Shown here: positions 1 through 8,001 of the stretch, piece by piece | Numbering within the stretch: the stretch's first letter is position 1 | Layout of the letters: every line of letters begins with the position of its first letter | Assembly: GCA_963847625.1 (NCBI GenBank) | Contig: CAWKAR010000025.1 | Coordinates: 83,651 to 147,650, forward strand | DNA: 64,000 bases | Reading direction: 5' to 3' | Source: a candidate division FCPU426 bacterium | Lineage (GTDB): Bacteria; Oederibacteriota; Muellerivitia; Muellerivitales; Muellerivitaceae | The notes under the pieces: model-generated | Database searches by the model: none | Told to the model about the DNA's origin: nothing | Seen by the model: the letters and a program-made list of their open reading frames with translations, nothing else | Position numbers and translations under genes: made by a program

Positions 1-900
1 TTAAAGTTTCTTGAATAAAAACCAGTGGTTTTTCCGGCTCCAATAAGTGGTATAAGCTTTTCCCTTAATCAATCTCTCATCCAATGTTCCAAAATATCGC
101 GAATCCAAGCTATTATCACGGTTGTCCCTAAGCATGTAGTAATTTCCTGGACCAACTGTAACCGGGCCAAAATTGTCCCTCTGGGTGTTAAGAGAATCGC
201 CCCTTGGAATAATGAGTGGATCGACATGTTTCACATAAGGCTCGGTTTGTTTTTGCCCATTAATATAAAGGAACTTATTTTTCATTTCCAAAACATCCCC
301 TGGTGTGCCTAAGCAACGCTTCATATAAATCTTACTTTGATCCGGGGGATAAAGAAAAATCACAATATCTCCTTTTTTCGGTTTGTGAATCTGAAAAAAC
401 CTTGGGGTTTTATTGAAAAATGAGTGCCCATAGAAAAATTGGTTAGAAATAAGAAAATCCCCTGGCATCAAAGTATCTTCCATGGAACCAGAAGGCATAC
501 TATATGGGCAAATAAAAAAACTCATGCCTATTCGGATAGGGAAAATGCTTAAAAAGGTTATGCCTATAAAACTAAGAAAAATGAAACAAGTATCTTTGAA
601 ACTTTGATTCAATCTTTTTTTTACAACGAACCATCCAACCGCAATGGGCAAAATAATACCAACGAACTGAAACCAAAATTCGTTTTTCCATCCAAGCCCA
701 ACGAGTAAAGAAGCTACCAATACTGCCGGTAACAATACGGCTAACTGTGACAGCATGATAAATAATCCGGTTTTATAATATTCCATAAAAGAGAAACCAA
801 GTTTTTTGCTAAAAGTCCGAAAGATGTATGCAAAAAGGGCAGGTGGAATTGTATAAACAAGCAAAAGTATGATTAAAAAATATCCAATTAATAAACCCAT
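1..900 (-). CDS. lepB: Signal peptidase I (S26 family) with extended N-terminal multi-TM region
   Basis: Catalytic motifs SMPSGSMEDTL (Ser box) and GDNRDNSLDSRYFG; complete ORF ending in a TAA stop at window positions 1-3. Confidence 0.85.
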   Translation of the reverse strand: MGLLIGYFLIILLLVYTIPPALFAYIFRTFSKKLGFSFMEYYKTGLFIMLSQLAVLLPAVLVASLLVGLGWKNEFWFQFVGIILPIAVGWFVVKKRLNQSFKDTCFIFLSFIGITFLSIFPIRIGMSFFICPYSMPSGSMEDTLMPGDFLISNQFFYGHSFFNKTPRFFQIHKPKKGDIVIFLYPPDQSKIYMKRCLGTPGDVLEMKNKFLYINGQKQTEPYVKHVDPLIIPRGDSLNTQRDNFGPVTVGPGNYYMLRDNRDNSLDSRYFGTLDERLIKGKAYTTYWSRKNHWFLFKKL

Positions 901-939
901 TATTTAAATCCTCAAATTGGGTAGGTAAATCTTCTAGTT

Positions 940-1659
940 TTAACGCAAAGCAAACTCGGGCATTTGATCCCAAGTCCGGCCCTCTAATAACCGCCCATTC
1001 TTCTTTTTCCAAACACCGCCCCATTGCTTAAAGAAAAAAGGGACTTTGTCTTTTTTGCACTGCTTGCGAATATCAATGACCCATTCTTTTTCCATGGGCC
1101 GCGCCCCCGGGCCCGATTCACCCCCTACGATGGCCCAGTGAATGCCTTTCAGCTTCAAATTGGGGATAGGGCCCAATAAAGGTTCCAATGATAGGAATTT
1201 GATTTTGGCTTTTGATTTTCTTAATGAATCAATGCGGTAGGTAAATTTATCGGATTCCACGCTAACACCCATCCAAATATTGGGCGTCCATTTCAGGTTC
1301 GGACTTAGTTTTTCCAGTCGGTCGGCCCTCTTCGTTAATACCTGGAATTGATGCCAATGGGCTTGATTCATCACCTCGAAAATCTGCTTAACGAATTTCA
1401 ACGGGATATCTTGGTGAAAAAGGTCGGACATTGAATTGACGAAGATGGTTCTCGGTTCTTTCCATGCGAGCGGTAATTTCAAGCGTTCGGGCCAGATTTT
1501 AAGGTCAAAACCCTGCTCATAGGGATGGTTCGGGGTTCCCCGCCATCTTTCCGCGAACCGTTCCGCGTAGCAATTCGCGCATCCGGCGCTCACCTTGTGG
1601 CACCCGGTTACCGGATTCCAGGTTGAATCGGTCCATTCGATTGTGGAGTTCTCAGCCAT
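940..1659 (-). CDS. Gp37/Gp68 family protein (DUF5131, PF07505-like)
   Basis: N-terminus IEWTDSTWNPVTGCHKVSAGCANCYAERF is the hallmark start of the phage Gp37/Gp68 family; 239 aa. Confidence 0.8.
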   Translation of the reverse strand: MAENSTIEWTDSTWNPVTGCHKVSAGCANCYAERFAERWRGTPNHPYEQGFDLKIWPERLKLPLAWKEPRTIFVNSMSDLFHQDIPLKFVKQIFEVMNQAHWHQFQVLTKRADRLEKLSPNLKWTPNIWMGVSVESDKFTYRIDSLRKSKAKIKFLSLEPLLGPIPNLKLKGIHWAIVGGESGPGARPMEKEWVIDIRKQCKKDKVPFFFKQWGGVWKKKNGRLLEGRTWDQMPEFALR

Positions 1660-1771
1660 TAACCTTTTCCTTTATCTCTGTACTTATTAAATATTTCCTC
1701 AACAATTTTAGCCCCAACTGGTTTATGTGAGGCAAAAAACAAATAATAAACTGTTGCTCCTTTAGAATTCC

Positions 1772-2512
1772 TCATTGGTAATGGTTCAGGGCATAAGAGA
1801 AACCTCCAACTTCTTTTAATCTTTTCCTGAACGCCTCAACAATAGCATCATTAGCATCAGGCACTTTTTTCATCCAACCAAACAAGGTGCTTTGAGTTTC
1901 ATATACTGCTTTTTTCCAAGAATCATTGCCCCAAAAAGCATCCATTCTTGCGGCTTGTGAAGGTTCTACCATTTCTGGATTTTTCCAAAGAACATTTTGA
2001 TTCATATCCATTACTGGGAAATTAAGAAAGATCTCGATACTCTTCATTTGTCCAGCTTTATGAATCACATCCCATTTTAAATGAAGACCATAGGGGTCAA
2101 GTAGGCATAAGCCACGACGATAATCTTCGAAACGGATTTTAGGGAAAATTTCATTTAATAAAATTTCATTACAATTACCTTCAAATACTGAAACGTTAGT
2201 ATTTTCTCGGGTTAATAGTTTCAGCAATTTGAATTTATCTTTATTTATGTCGATAAGATAAAGCTTTTTAAAAGGGGGTTCTATATTCAAGGCATTTAAA
2301 GGACTACCAGGTATAAACTTTCCGCTTTCTCTTGAGAGATGGACCCCTGCACCCGCAAAAGCATCTAGATAGGCATGTTCTAGGTTTTTTTGGGAAGTTA
2401 ATATCTTCGAATATGCCGCAGCGTAATCTTTAACAATATCGAGTTTGATTTCGGACCAATAATTAATCGTGTCAAAATTAAGCATCCCGAGTTCCATAAG
2501 TAAGTGCAACAC
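1772..2512 (-). CDS. TcmP-like 'three-Cys-motif partner' protein, the usual partner of DUF5131; native start probably Met at 2485
   Basis: About 250 aa with DAFAGAG and LLDPYG motifs, immediately upstream of and co-oriented with the DUF5131 gene. The first 9 codons of the called ORF lie inside the IS30 copy. Confidence 0.55.
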   Translation of the reverse strand: MLHLLMELGMLNFDTINYWSEIKLDIVKDYAAAYSKILTSQKNLEHAYLDAFAGAGVHLSRESGKFIPGSPLNALNIEPPFKKLYLIDINKDKFKLLKLLTRENTNVSVFEGNCNEILLNEIFPKIRFEDYRRGLCLLDPYGLHLKWDVIHKAGQMKSIEIFLNFPVMDMNQNVLWKNPEMVEPSQAARMDAFWGNDSWKKAVYETQSTLFGWMKKVPDANDAIVEAFRKRLKEVGGFSYALNHYQ

Positions 2513-3540
2513 TTAGTGTCTGAAGAAGGCCGCATGAATAGGATATGCGGCTATGAAAAAGAAATACAAGCATTTAAGCGTTGAAGAAAGAGATCATTTA
2601 TCCGTCTTGAAAGGAAAGGGTCTTAGCCTTCGAGCAATTTCACGCGCCTTGAAGAGGTCTCCTTCCACCCTCTCCAGGGAACTCAAGCGCAATGCTCCCC
2701 CTATCCGTTCTGGTTATTATCTTTCTCATCGAGCCCATCAACGGTATGTTGACCGCAACCAACAACGAGCACGCCGTTTACGCCTGAAAACAAAACGAAT
2801 TCGTGCCTACGTCCGTCGTCAATTGAAACGAGGCTGGTCTCCAGAACTCATTTCAGGTCGATTAGGTCACCTACGGCCTAAGCAAACCATTGGTCCTGAA
2901 GCTATCTATCAGTGGGTTTATGCTGAAGCCACTGAGCTGATTCCTTGCCTAGTTCGACACCACCGGCGACGATTCTCATTTGGCCATAGCCGTAAGCACG
3001 CCAAAAACCATATCCCAGGCCGTGTTTCCATCGATAAGCGCTCCGAGATCGCCAATCAACGCAAGCAATTCGGCCATTGGGAAACCGACACCATGGTCTC
3101 TCGTCAGAGTAAAGTGGCTATGCGGGCTCTCGTCGAGCGTCAAAGCCGTTTTTCCAAGTTGGGAAAGCTCAAACGAAAGACCGCTCGCCAAATGAGTCAT
3201 AGCCTCAACCGCGCTTTATGCCGCTTCCCTCAAGACGCCCGCCTGAGTCTGACCTATGACAACGGAACCGAAAACACCAACCACTTGGAAACCAACCACG
3301 TGCTTGGTACAAAATCCTTTTTCTGCGCCCCTTTCCACAGTTGGGAAAAAGGTACGGTGGAAAATACTATCGGTCTTGTCCGCCGCCATTTGCCTAAAAA
3401 GACTGATCTTGCTAAAGTGTCCTTCAAAGAATTCAGGACCATAGAAAGATGGCTCAATAACAGGCCCAGGAAATGTTTGGGCTTTAAAACTCCGGCGGAA
3501 GTCTTCCGGCGAAGTGTTGCACTTACTCCGTGAATTCGGC
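2486..3540 (+). mobile_element. IS30-family insertion sequence, copy A (1055 bp)
   Basis: DNA-identical to 47459-48513 in inverted orientation; imperfect terminal inverted repeats containing agtaagtgcaacactt; single transposase ORF. Confidence 0.85.
2553..3533 (+). CDS. IS30 family transposase (HTH + DDE)
   Basis: 326 aa; N-terminal HTH (LSLRAISRALKRSPSTLSRELKRN); DDE core with HWETDTMV; identical to the protein at 47466-48446. Confidence 0.9.
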   Translation: MKKKYKHLSVEERDHLSVLKGKGLSLRAISRALKRSPSTLSRELKRNAPPIRSGYYLSHRAHQRYVDRNQQRARRLRLKTKRIRAYVRRQLKRGWSPELISGRLGHLRPKQTIGPEAIYQWVYAEATELIPCLVRHHRRRFSFGHSRKHAKNHIPGRVSIDKRSEIANQRKQFGHWETDTMVSRQSKVAMRALVERQSRFSKLGKLKRKTARQMSHSLNRALCRFPQDARLSLTYDNGTENTNHLETNHVLGTKSFFCAPFHSWEKGTVENTIGLVRRHLPKKTDLAKVSFKEFRTIERWLNNRPRKCLGFKTPAEVFRRSVALTP

Positions 3541-3566
3541 TATAAGAAAAAAGCTTAGAAACATTT

Positions 3567-3953
3567 TCAATTTTTTACCTCTTCTGGATTCTGTTTCGGG
3601 TTTTCCAATGATTTTTTAGATGGGCTTGCATCAGAATTAATAATAGAAATAGGAGGTAATTTTCCCTTACTTTGAGCCGCTACTGCCAAAATATTCAACA
3701 ATCTTTTATTATCACTATTTTGTAATTTATTTTCTCCCTTTGTTCGATCATCTTCACATTTTTCCACAATAGCTATTGAGGTATTTATGAAGATTGCAAC
3801 GGCAAAAAATACCCACCCAATTAGAGCAACACTTCCAAAAATATTTTTCCAAATAGTTTTTAACCTGTACTTTTGTCTGTTTTCAATTTTACCTGCCACA
3901 AAACTAAGAAATGGGGAAAGGAAAGATTTTATTATTACAATAAAATATCCCAT
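3567..3953 (-). CDS. Hypothetical membrane protein
   Basis: 128-aa ORF with two hydrophobic segments; no recognisable family. Confidence 0.3.
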   Translation of the reverse strand: MGYFIVIIKSFLSPFLSFVAGKIENRQKYRLKTIWKNIFGSVALIGWVFFAVAIFINTSIAIVEKCEDDRTKGENKLQNSDNKRLLNILAVAAQSKGKLPPISIINSDASPSKKSLENPKQNPEEVKN

Positions 3954-4293
3954 GTGAAAAACTCCAATGTGAATTTAAACCTTTCTCTGGTTTCTGTAAC
4001 TATAAGCTTTATTTTGAACATAAATTACTAAATTTGATACTGGCCCACACTGGTTAAAAGATAGAACTTTCTAAGTTTTATTTTAGACACCGCAAAATTA
4101 ACCAATTATATTTTCCATTTTAATTTCCTTGGCAACAATATCAACATGATCACCTTCTATAAACTCTTTTTCTGAACAACATTTTTTAAACTTTCATGTG
4201 TGGGCATTCTTCCGAATCAATATTTTTACCGCAAATGTTACATTCCACACGATCTATTATTGACCTTCCCCCAATGTTTGATCCAAATTTAAG

Positions 4294-5124
4294 TTAGTTA
4301 AGGCCCAACTTTTCGGCCTTTGCTTCCATTGGGGTTTTTCCCCCCAAACTGCTGTGCGGTCTCTGCCAGTTATACACCTGCCTCCACCAATCCACGACTA
4401 CCTGGGCCTCCGCTTTTGAAAGAAAAATTTCTTGGTTCAGGCACTCATCCCTAAACTTTCCGTTGAAACTTTCGATGAATCCATTCTGCCATGGACTCCC
4501 TGGTTCGATATATAGCACCTCTACGCCCTTCTCCTCAAGCCAGTTCCTCAGTTCTTTCGCCACGAACTCTGGCCCGTTGTCCACCCGCAGGCACTTTGGT
4601 GTCCCGTACTCCGTCATCAACTCGTCCAGCGTCTCCAGCACGTCCCGGCTTCTCATTCGCTTCTCCGCCCGGATCTCCAAGCATTCCCTAAATCCTTCAT
4701 CCAACACCGTCAAAAACTTCACCTTTCCCCCGAACCATGTCAGGTCATGCACGAAGTCCATCGTCCACACCTCGTTGGAACCCAAAGCCGGGTGGGGCCT
4801 TCTCCATTCCGTCGGAACCCTCTTCTTCCTGGGTCTCCTGCGCGGTAATTGAAGCCCTGCTACCTGGTAGAGCCTCTCCACCCGCTTGTGATTCACATCA
4901 AGGCCTCTGCGTTCCAACATCCACAACATCCGAGGGCTTCCGAAACGTCGGTTTCTTTGCGCTAACTTAACCATTTCCTGCAGGATCACCTGGTTCAACG
5001 GATCTTCTGGCTGGGCCTCATATCGAAAACTCGATCGATTTACCCCAAGAACATCACAGGCTCGTCTTTCCGGTACTTCCTGAGCCTTCAGGGCTTCCAC
5101 CATGCCTTTTTGCTCCTCGATCAA
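4294..5124 (-). CDS. IS3 family transposase OrfB (rve DDE integrase), expressed by -1 frameshift from OrfA
   Basis: 276 aa with integrase core YIEPGSPWQNGFIESFNGKFRDECL. Confidence 0.85.
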   Translation of the reverse strand: MIEEQKGMVEALKAQEVPERRACDVLGVNRSSFRYEAQPEDPLNQVILQEMVKLAQRNRRFGSPRMLWMLERRGLDVNHKRVERLYQVAGLQLPRRRPRKKRVPTEWRRPHPALGSNEVWTMDFVHDLTWFGGKVKFLTVLDEGFRECLEIRAEKRMRSRDVLETLDELMTEYGTPKCLRVDNGPEFVAKELRNWLEEKGVEVLYIEPGSPWQNGFIESFNGKFRDECLNQEIFLSKAEAQVVVDWWRQVYNWQRPHSSLGGKTPMEAKAEKLGLN

Positions 5125-5390
5125 TACCCCTTTTTTTTTATGTGCTCTTGGAGAACCTGAATAGCCAGGGCCTGATCACCCGCTAACTGCTTGAGTTTCC
5201 GGTTTTCTTCTTCCAGCTGTTTGATGCGGTGGACTTCGGAAACTCCAAGGCTTCCGTACATGCGTTTCCAGCGGTAGTAAGTCTGCTCGGAAATGCCATG
5301 CTTTCGGAGAACTTCCTCAACGGCGGGAGCTTTCTCCGCCTCGCGGAGAATAGCCACTATCTGCTCAGATAAAAACCGTTTCTTTGCCAT
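5121..5390 (-). CDS. IS3 family transposase OrfA (HTH/leucine zipper)
   Basis: 89 aa, MAKKRFLSEQIVAILREAE... typical IS3 OrfA; ends in the A9G slippery run (plus strand T9 at 5131-5139). Confidence 0.85.
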   Translation of the reverse strand: MAKKRFLSEQIVAILREAEKAPAVEEVLRKHGISEQTYYRWKRMYGSLGVSEVHRIKQLEEENRKLKQLAGDQALAIQVLQEHIKKKGY

Positions 5391-5437
5391 CTTTCCCCTC
5401 CCGATCTATAATCCAAAACTAACATATTTTTGGATCA

Positions 5438-6494
5438 GTTTTCGGGGGAAAGGTCAACCTTAAACTCCCAAGGCCATAGAACGCGCAAAGGAAGAAAATG
5501 GGAAACCAACGCCATCCATTATATTTTGAGAAATGAAACTTATACTGGGGTTTTGATCTTTAATAGGGCTCATAAAAATTCAGTAAAACCCATAGAACGT
5601 CCTGAAAGCGAAACAATCCGCATTGAAAATGCCCACCCCGCCATTATTGACAGAAAAACTTTTCTTTCTGCCCAGTTTTTCATAAAGCTAAGAAGTCCTA
5701 AGGTTGTTCACCCGCGAACTATCCATAGCGACTATATTCTAAGCAGTTTCCTTTTATGTGGAGAATGCGGTTCTCATATGGTTGGAACTACCGCCAAGGG
5801 TTCTAAATTTTTTTATTATTCCTGCCGGAATCACTTAAGAAGGGGTTCTCATGGATGTGGGCAAAAATCTATCAACAAGGCCAAACTTGAAGAAATGGTT
5901 TTCACGCAACTTAGAAACCGCATTTTGACTGAAGAAAATATCTCAGAGTTAGTCAAACTGATTAATAAAGACCTTTCAGCTTATAAACGCGATTATTCAA
6001 ATCTTTTGAAAGAAAATGATTCCCGAATTTTAAAAGCCAGGGAAAGCCTTCAAAAACTTTACTACGCCCTTGAAACTGGAAAGCTTGACCTTGATGACCT
6101 TGCCCCAAGAATCAAAGAATTGCGTTCTCAAATTTCCCAATTAGAGCAGGAAAAAACCAAGATCGAATCAGAGGCAAATGAGCCAACCTTGGAAATAAAC
6201 GCCTCGGAAATCGGCCCTTACGTTGAAGATTTGCGGGGACTATTGGAGAAAGGCACCATTACAAAGCGGAAAGGTTTCTTAAAGTCTTTTATAAAGCAAA
6301 TTGAATATAGCCACCAAAAAGGCGGCTCTATTGAATACACCATTCCTCTTGTGAAAAAACCTAATAACGAATTATCAAATATTGAAGTTCTGCCTATTAA
6401 CCAAAATGGCGGGGTTGACGGGGCTAGAACACGCTTTCTCGCACCTGACAAACAAAATTTTCAGATGAACCAACTTCTTATTCCTGGGTTCTGA
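5438..6494 (+). pseudogene. Large serine recombinase remnant lacking the N-terminal resolvase catalytic domain
   Basis: Recombinase domain (ILRNETYTGVLIFNR), zinc ribbon (CGECGSHM...YYSCRNH...HGCG) and coiled-coil, but no catalytic Ser domain. The reconstructed pre-insertion frame begins MFSGERST at the IS3 insertion site. Confidence 0.65.
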
Positions 6495-6503
6495 CTTGGT
6501 TTT

Positions 6504-6563
6504 TCTCTTCCGCACGCCAACGTTTGGAAACTTCCGCCTCGATGCCGGCATGGTCATTAACCA
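6504..6563. repeat. 60-bp direct repeat copy 1, a duplicate of an internal part of the ubiX coding end
   Basis: About 92% identical to 19463-19522; encodes VNDHAGIEAEVSKRWRAEEK versus ubiX VYDHVGIEAEVSKRWRAEEK; similarity stops abruptly on both sides. Confidence 0.75.
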
Positions 6564-6612
6564 GGAAATGCCATTACACAGACCTCATAGGTGATCGGTA
6601 CGTGGTGAATCA

Positions 6613-8001
6613 TTAGATGTTCCCAAGATCGATATCCACCCACGAGGGCGTCGGGGTGACCGTCGGCTGGGGCGAAGAAGCCTTTTGGGTTTCGGGGGAT
6701 CCCCTCAAAAAGACCGCGAAATAACCCGCTTCCCCATTCGAGAAAGCCTCGGCGGGATAATTGGTCTGGATTCCGCTGTTCACCGCCTTGGAAATCCACG
6801 CAAGCGACGACCGGATGGCGTCGAGCCGGTAAAAGTTGGGGATCAAGTCGAAGGACCGCTTCACATAATCCTTGTAGGACTTAAATTGGTAAGGCCCGGC
6901 GGGATCCGCGAAGGAGGCCGCAATGGGGGCATGGATATCCAGTAGCATCATATTCTTGATCCCCATTTCCCGGCTGAGGGCCGCCAGAACGGAGGGGGGC
7001 GTATACAGGGTCCAAATCACCCCAAAGCGGTGGTGTTTGTCGGTGAATAGGTAGGACCGGGCCACGTCGTCATAAAAGGAACAAAAAGCATTGGGATACT
7101 CGTCCGGGCCCGGCTTGCCGTTTTCCACCACCATGAAGCGGTTTTGAACGAAGGTTTTTATTTTTTTCTTATCCGGCAATTTTCGGTAGGTGCCCAGGGC
7201 CATGTGTCCGTCCTGGTACAAGGTGAAGGTGGCCATCTCGGGCTGGGGCGGAAGGAAGGTCCGGGAATCAAAACGGAACCCGGCATAACGCATTTGTTTT
7301 TCCGGCACGCCCCAATTGACCACGTTGTCGACGCGGTCGAAGATGCCGTTGAGGATGCCCAGGAGCCCGGTGGAGTCCTGGATCAAGGCGTAATCGGTTT
7401 TCCCCCCATTCCTTTCCTCCCGGGTCGCCATAGGAAGCCATTCCCCCATGTGGGTCCGGTCCCCGCCCTTGAACTGGATTTTCCCGGGGTAATAAAGGCA
7501 CCGGGCCTGCGCCTGGTCGAAGGAAAGGTAAAAAACCATGGCCCTCTCCCGCATCAGGCCCCCATTGTCCAAAAGAAGCTTTTTTCCCCTGGGACCCAAG
7601 CCCTTAAAGCCCTTGACCCTCGCGAGAAACCGCTTGAAATACTTTTTGCCCCCCGCGTGATACTTGACCCGAAACCCGGCGTAAACGGCGGTCGCGGCGG
7701 GGCTGTTGGCCTTGAAATCCACGGCGCATGGGGCCGCGAGCGGGAACCCTCTCTTGTTCGCCCGGGCCTGCCGTGCCCAATCCACGTGAAGGATGAAGGG
7801 CCGCTCCCTCCTGGTCAAACGCCTGGGATGGGGAATGCGGATTTTGGAAAGTCCCTCGTAAAGCCACTCCCCGGCTTTCTTGTAAAAATAGCCCCGGAAT
7901 TCCGAAACTTCTTTCGCGCTTGCTTTCCCGGCAAGGAATTGGATGAGGCAAAACACCAGTGTCAAAAGGGCAAAGATGAAAATGATTTTATTTTTTTTCA
8001 T
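6613..8001 (-). CDS. Secreted hypothetical protein, last gene of the A2M-LDT-PBP1C operon
   Basis: Signal peptide MKKNKIIFIFALLTLVFCLIQFLAGKASA (alternative upstream start at 8025); about 62% GC; overlaps the pbpC stop by 14 bp; no family recognised. Confidence 0.5.
   Translation of the reverse strand: MKKNKIIFIFALLTLVFCLIQFLAGKASAKEVSEFRGYFYKKAGEWLYEGLSKIRIPHPRRLTRRERPFILHVDWARQARANKRGFPLAAPCAVDFKANSPAATAVYAGFRVKYHAGGKKYFKRFLARVKGFKGLGPRGKKLLLDNGGLMRERAMVFYLSFDQAQARCLYYPGKIQFKGGDRTHMGEWLPMATREERNGGKTDYALIQDSTGLLGILNGIFDRVDNVVNWGVPEKQMRYAGFRFDSRTFLPPQPEMATFTLYQDGHMALGTYRKLPDKKKIKTFVQNRFMVVENGKPGPDEYPNAFCSFYDDVARSYLFTDKHHRFGVIWTLYTPPSVLAALSREMGIKNMMLLDIHAPIAASFADPAGPYQFKSYKDYVKRSFDLIPNFYRLDAIRSSLAWISKAVNSGIQTNYPAEAFSNGEAGYFAVFLRGSPETQKASSPQPTVTPTPSWVDIDLGNI

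Larger units (their letters stand above)
4279..5437 (-). mobile_element. IS3-family insertion sequence (1159 bp) with 3-bp target-site duplication GTT
   Basis: Ends tgatccaaatttaagttagtt (4279-) and reverse complement tgatccaaaaatatgttagtt (-5437), the TG...CA type; GTT on both flanks (4276-4278 and 5438-5440); orfA/orfB with A9G slippery run. Confidence 0.85.

Noticed and set aside
809-1024. Small ORFs overlapping real genes (809-1024, 2976-3200, 3254-3457, 28290-28698, 37386-37826 and similar).
   Set aside because: Embedded in or antisense to well-supported CDSs, with no independent signals.
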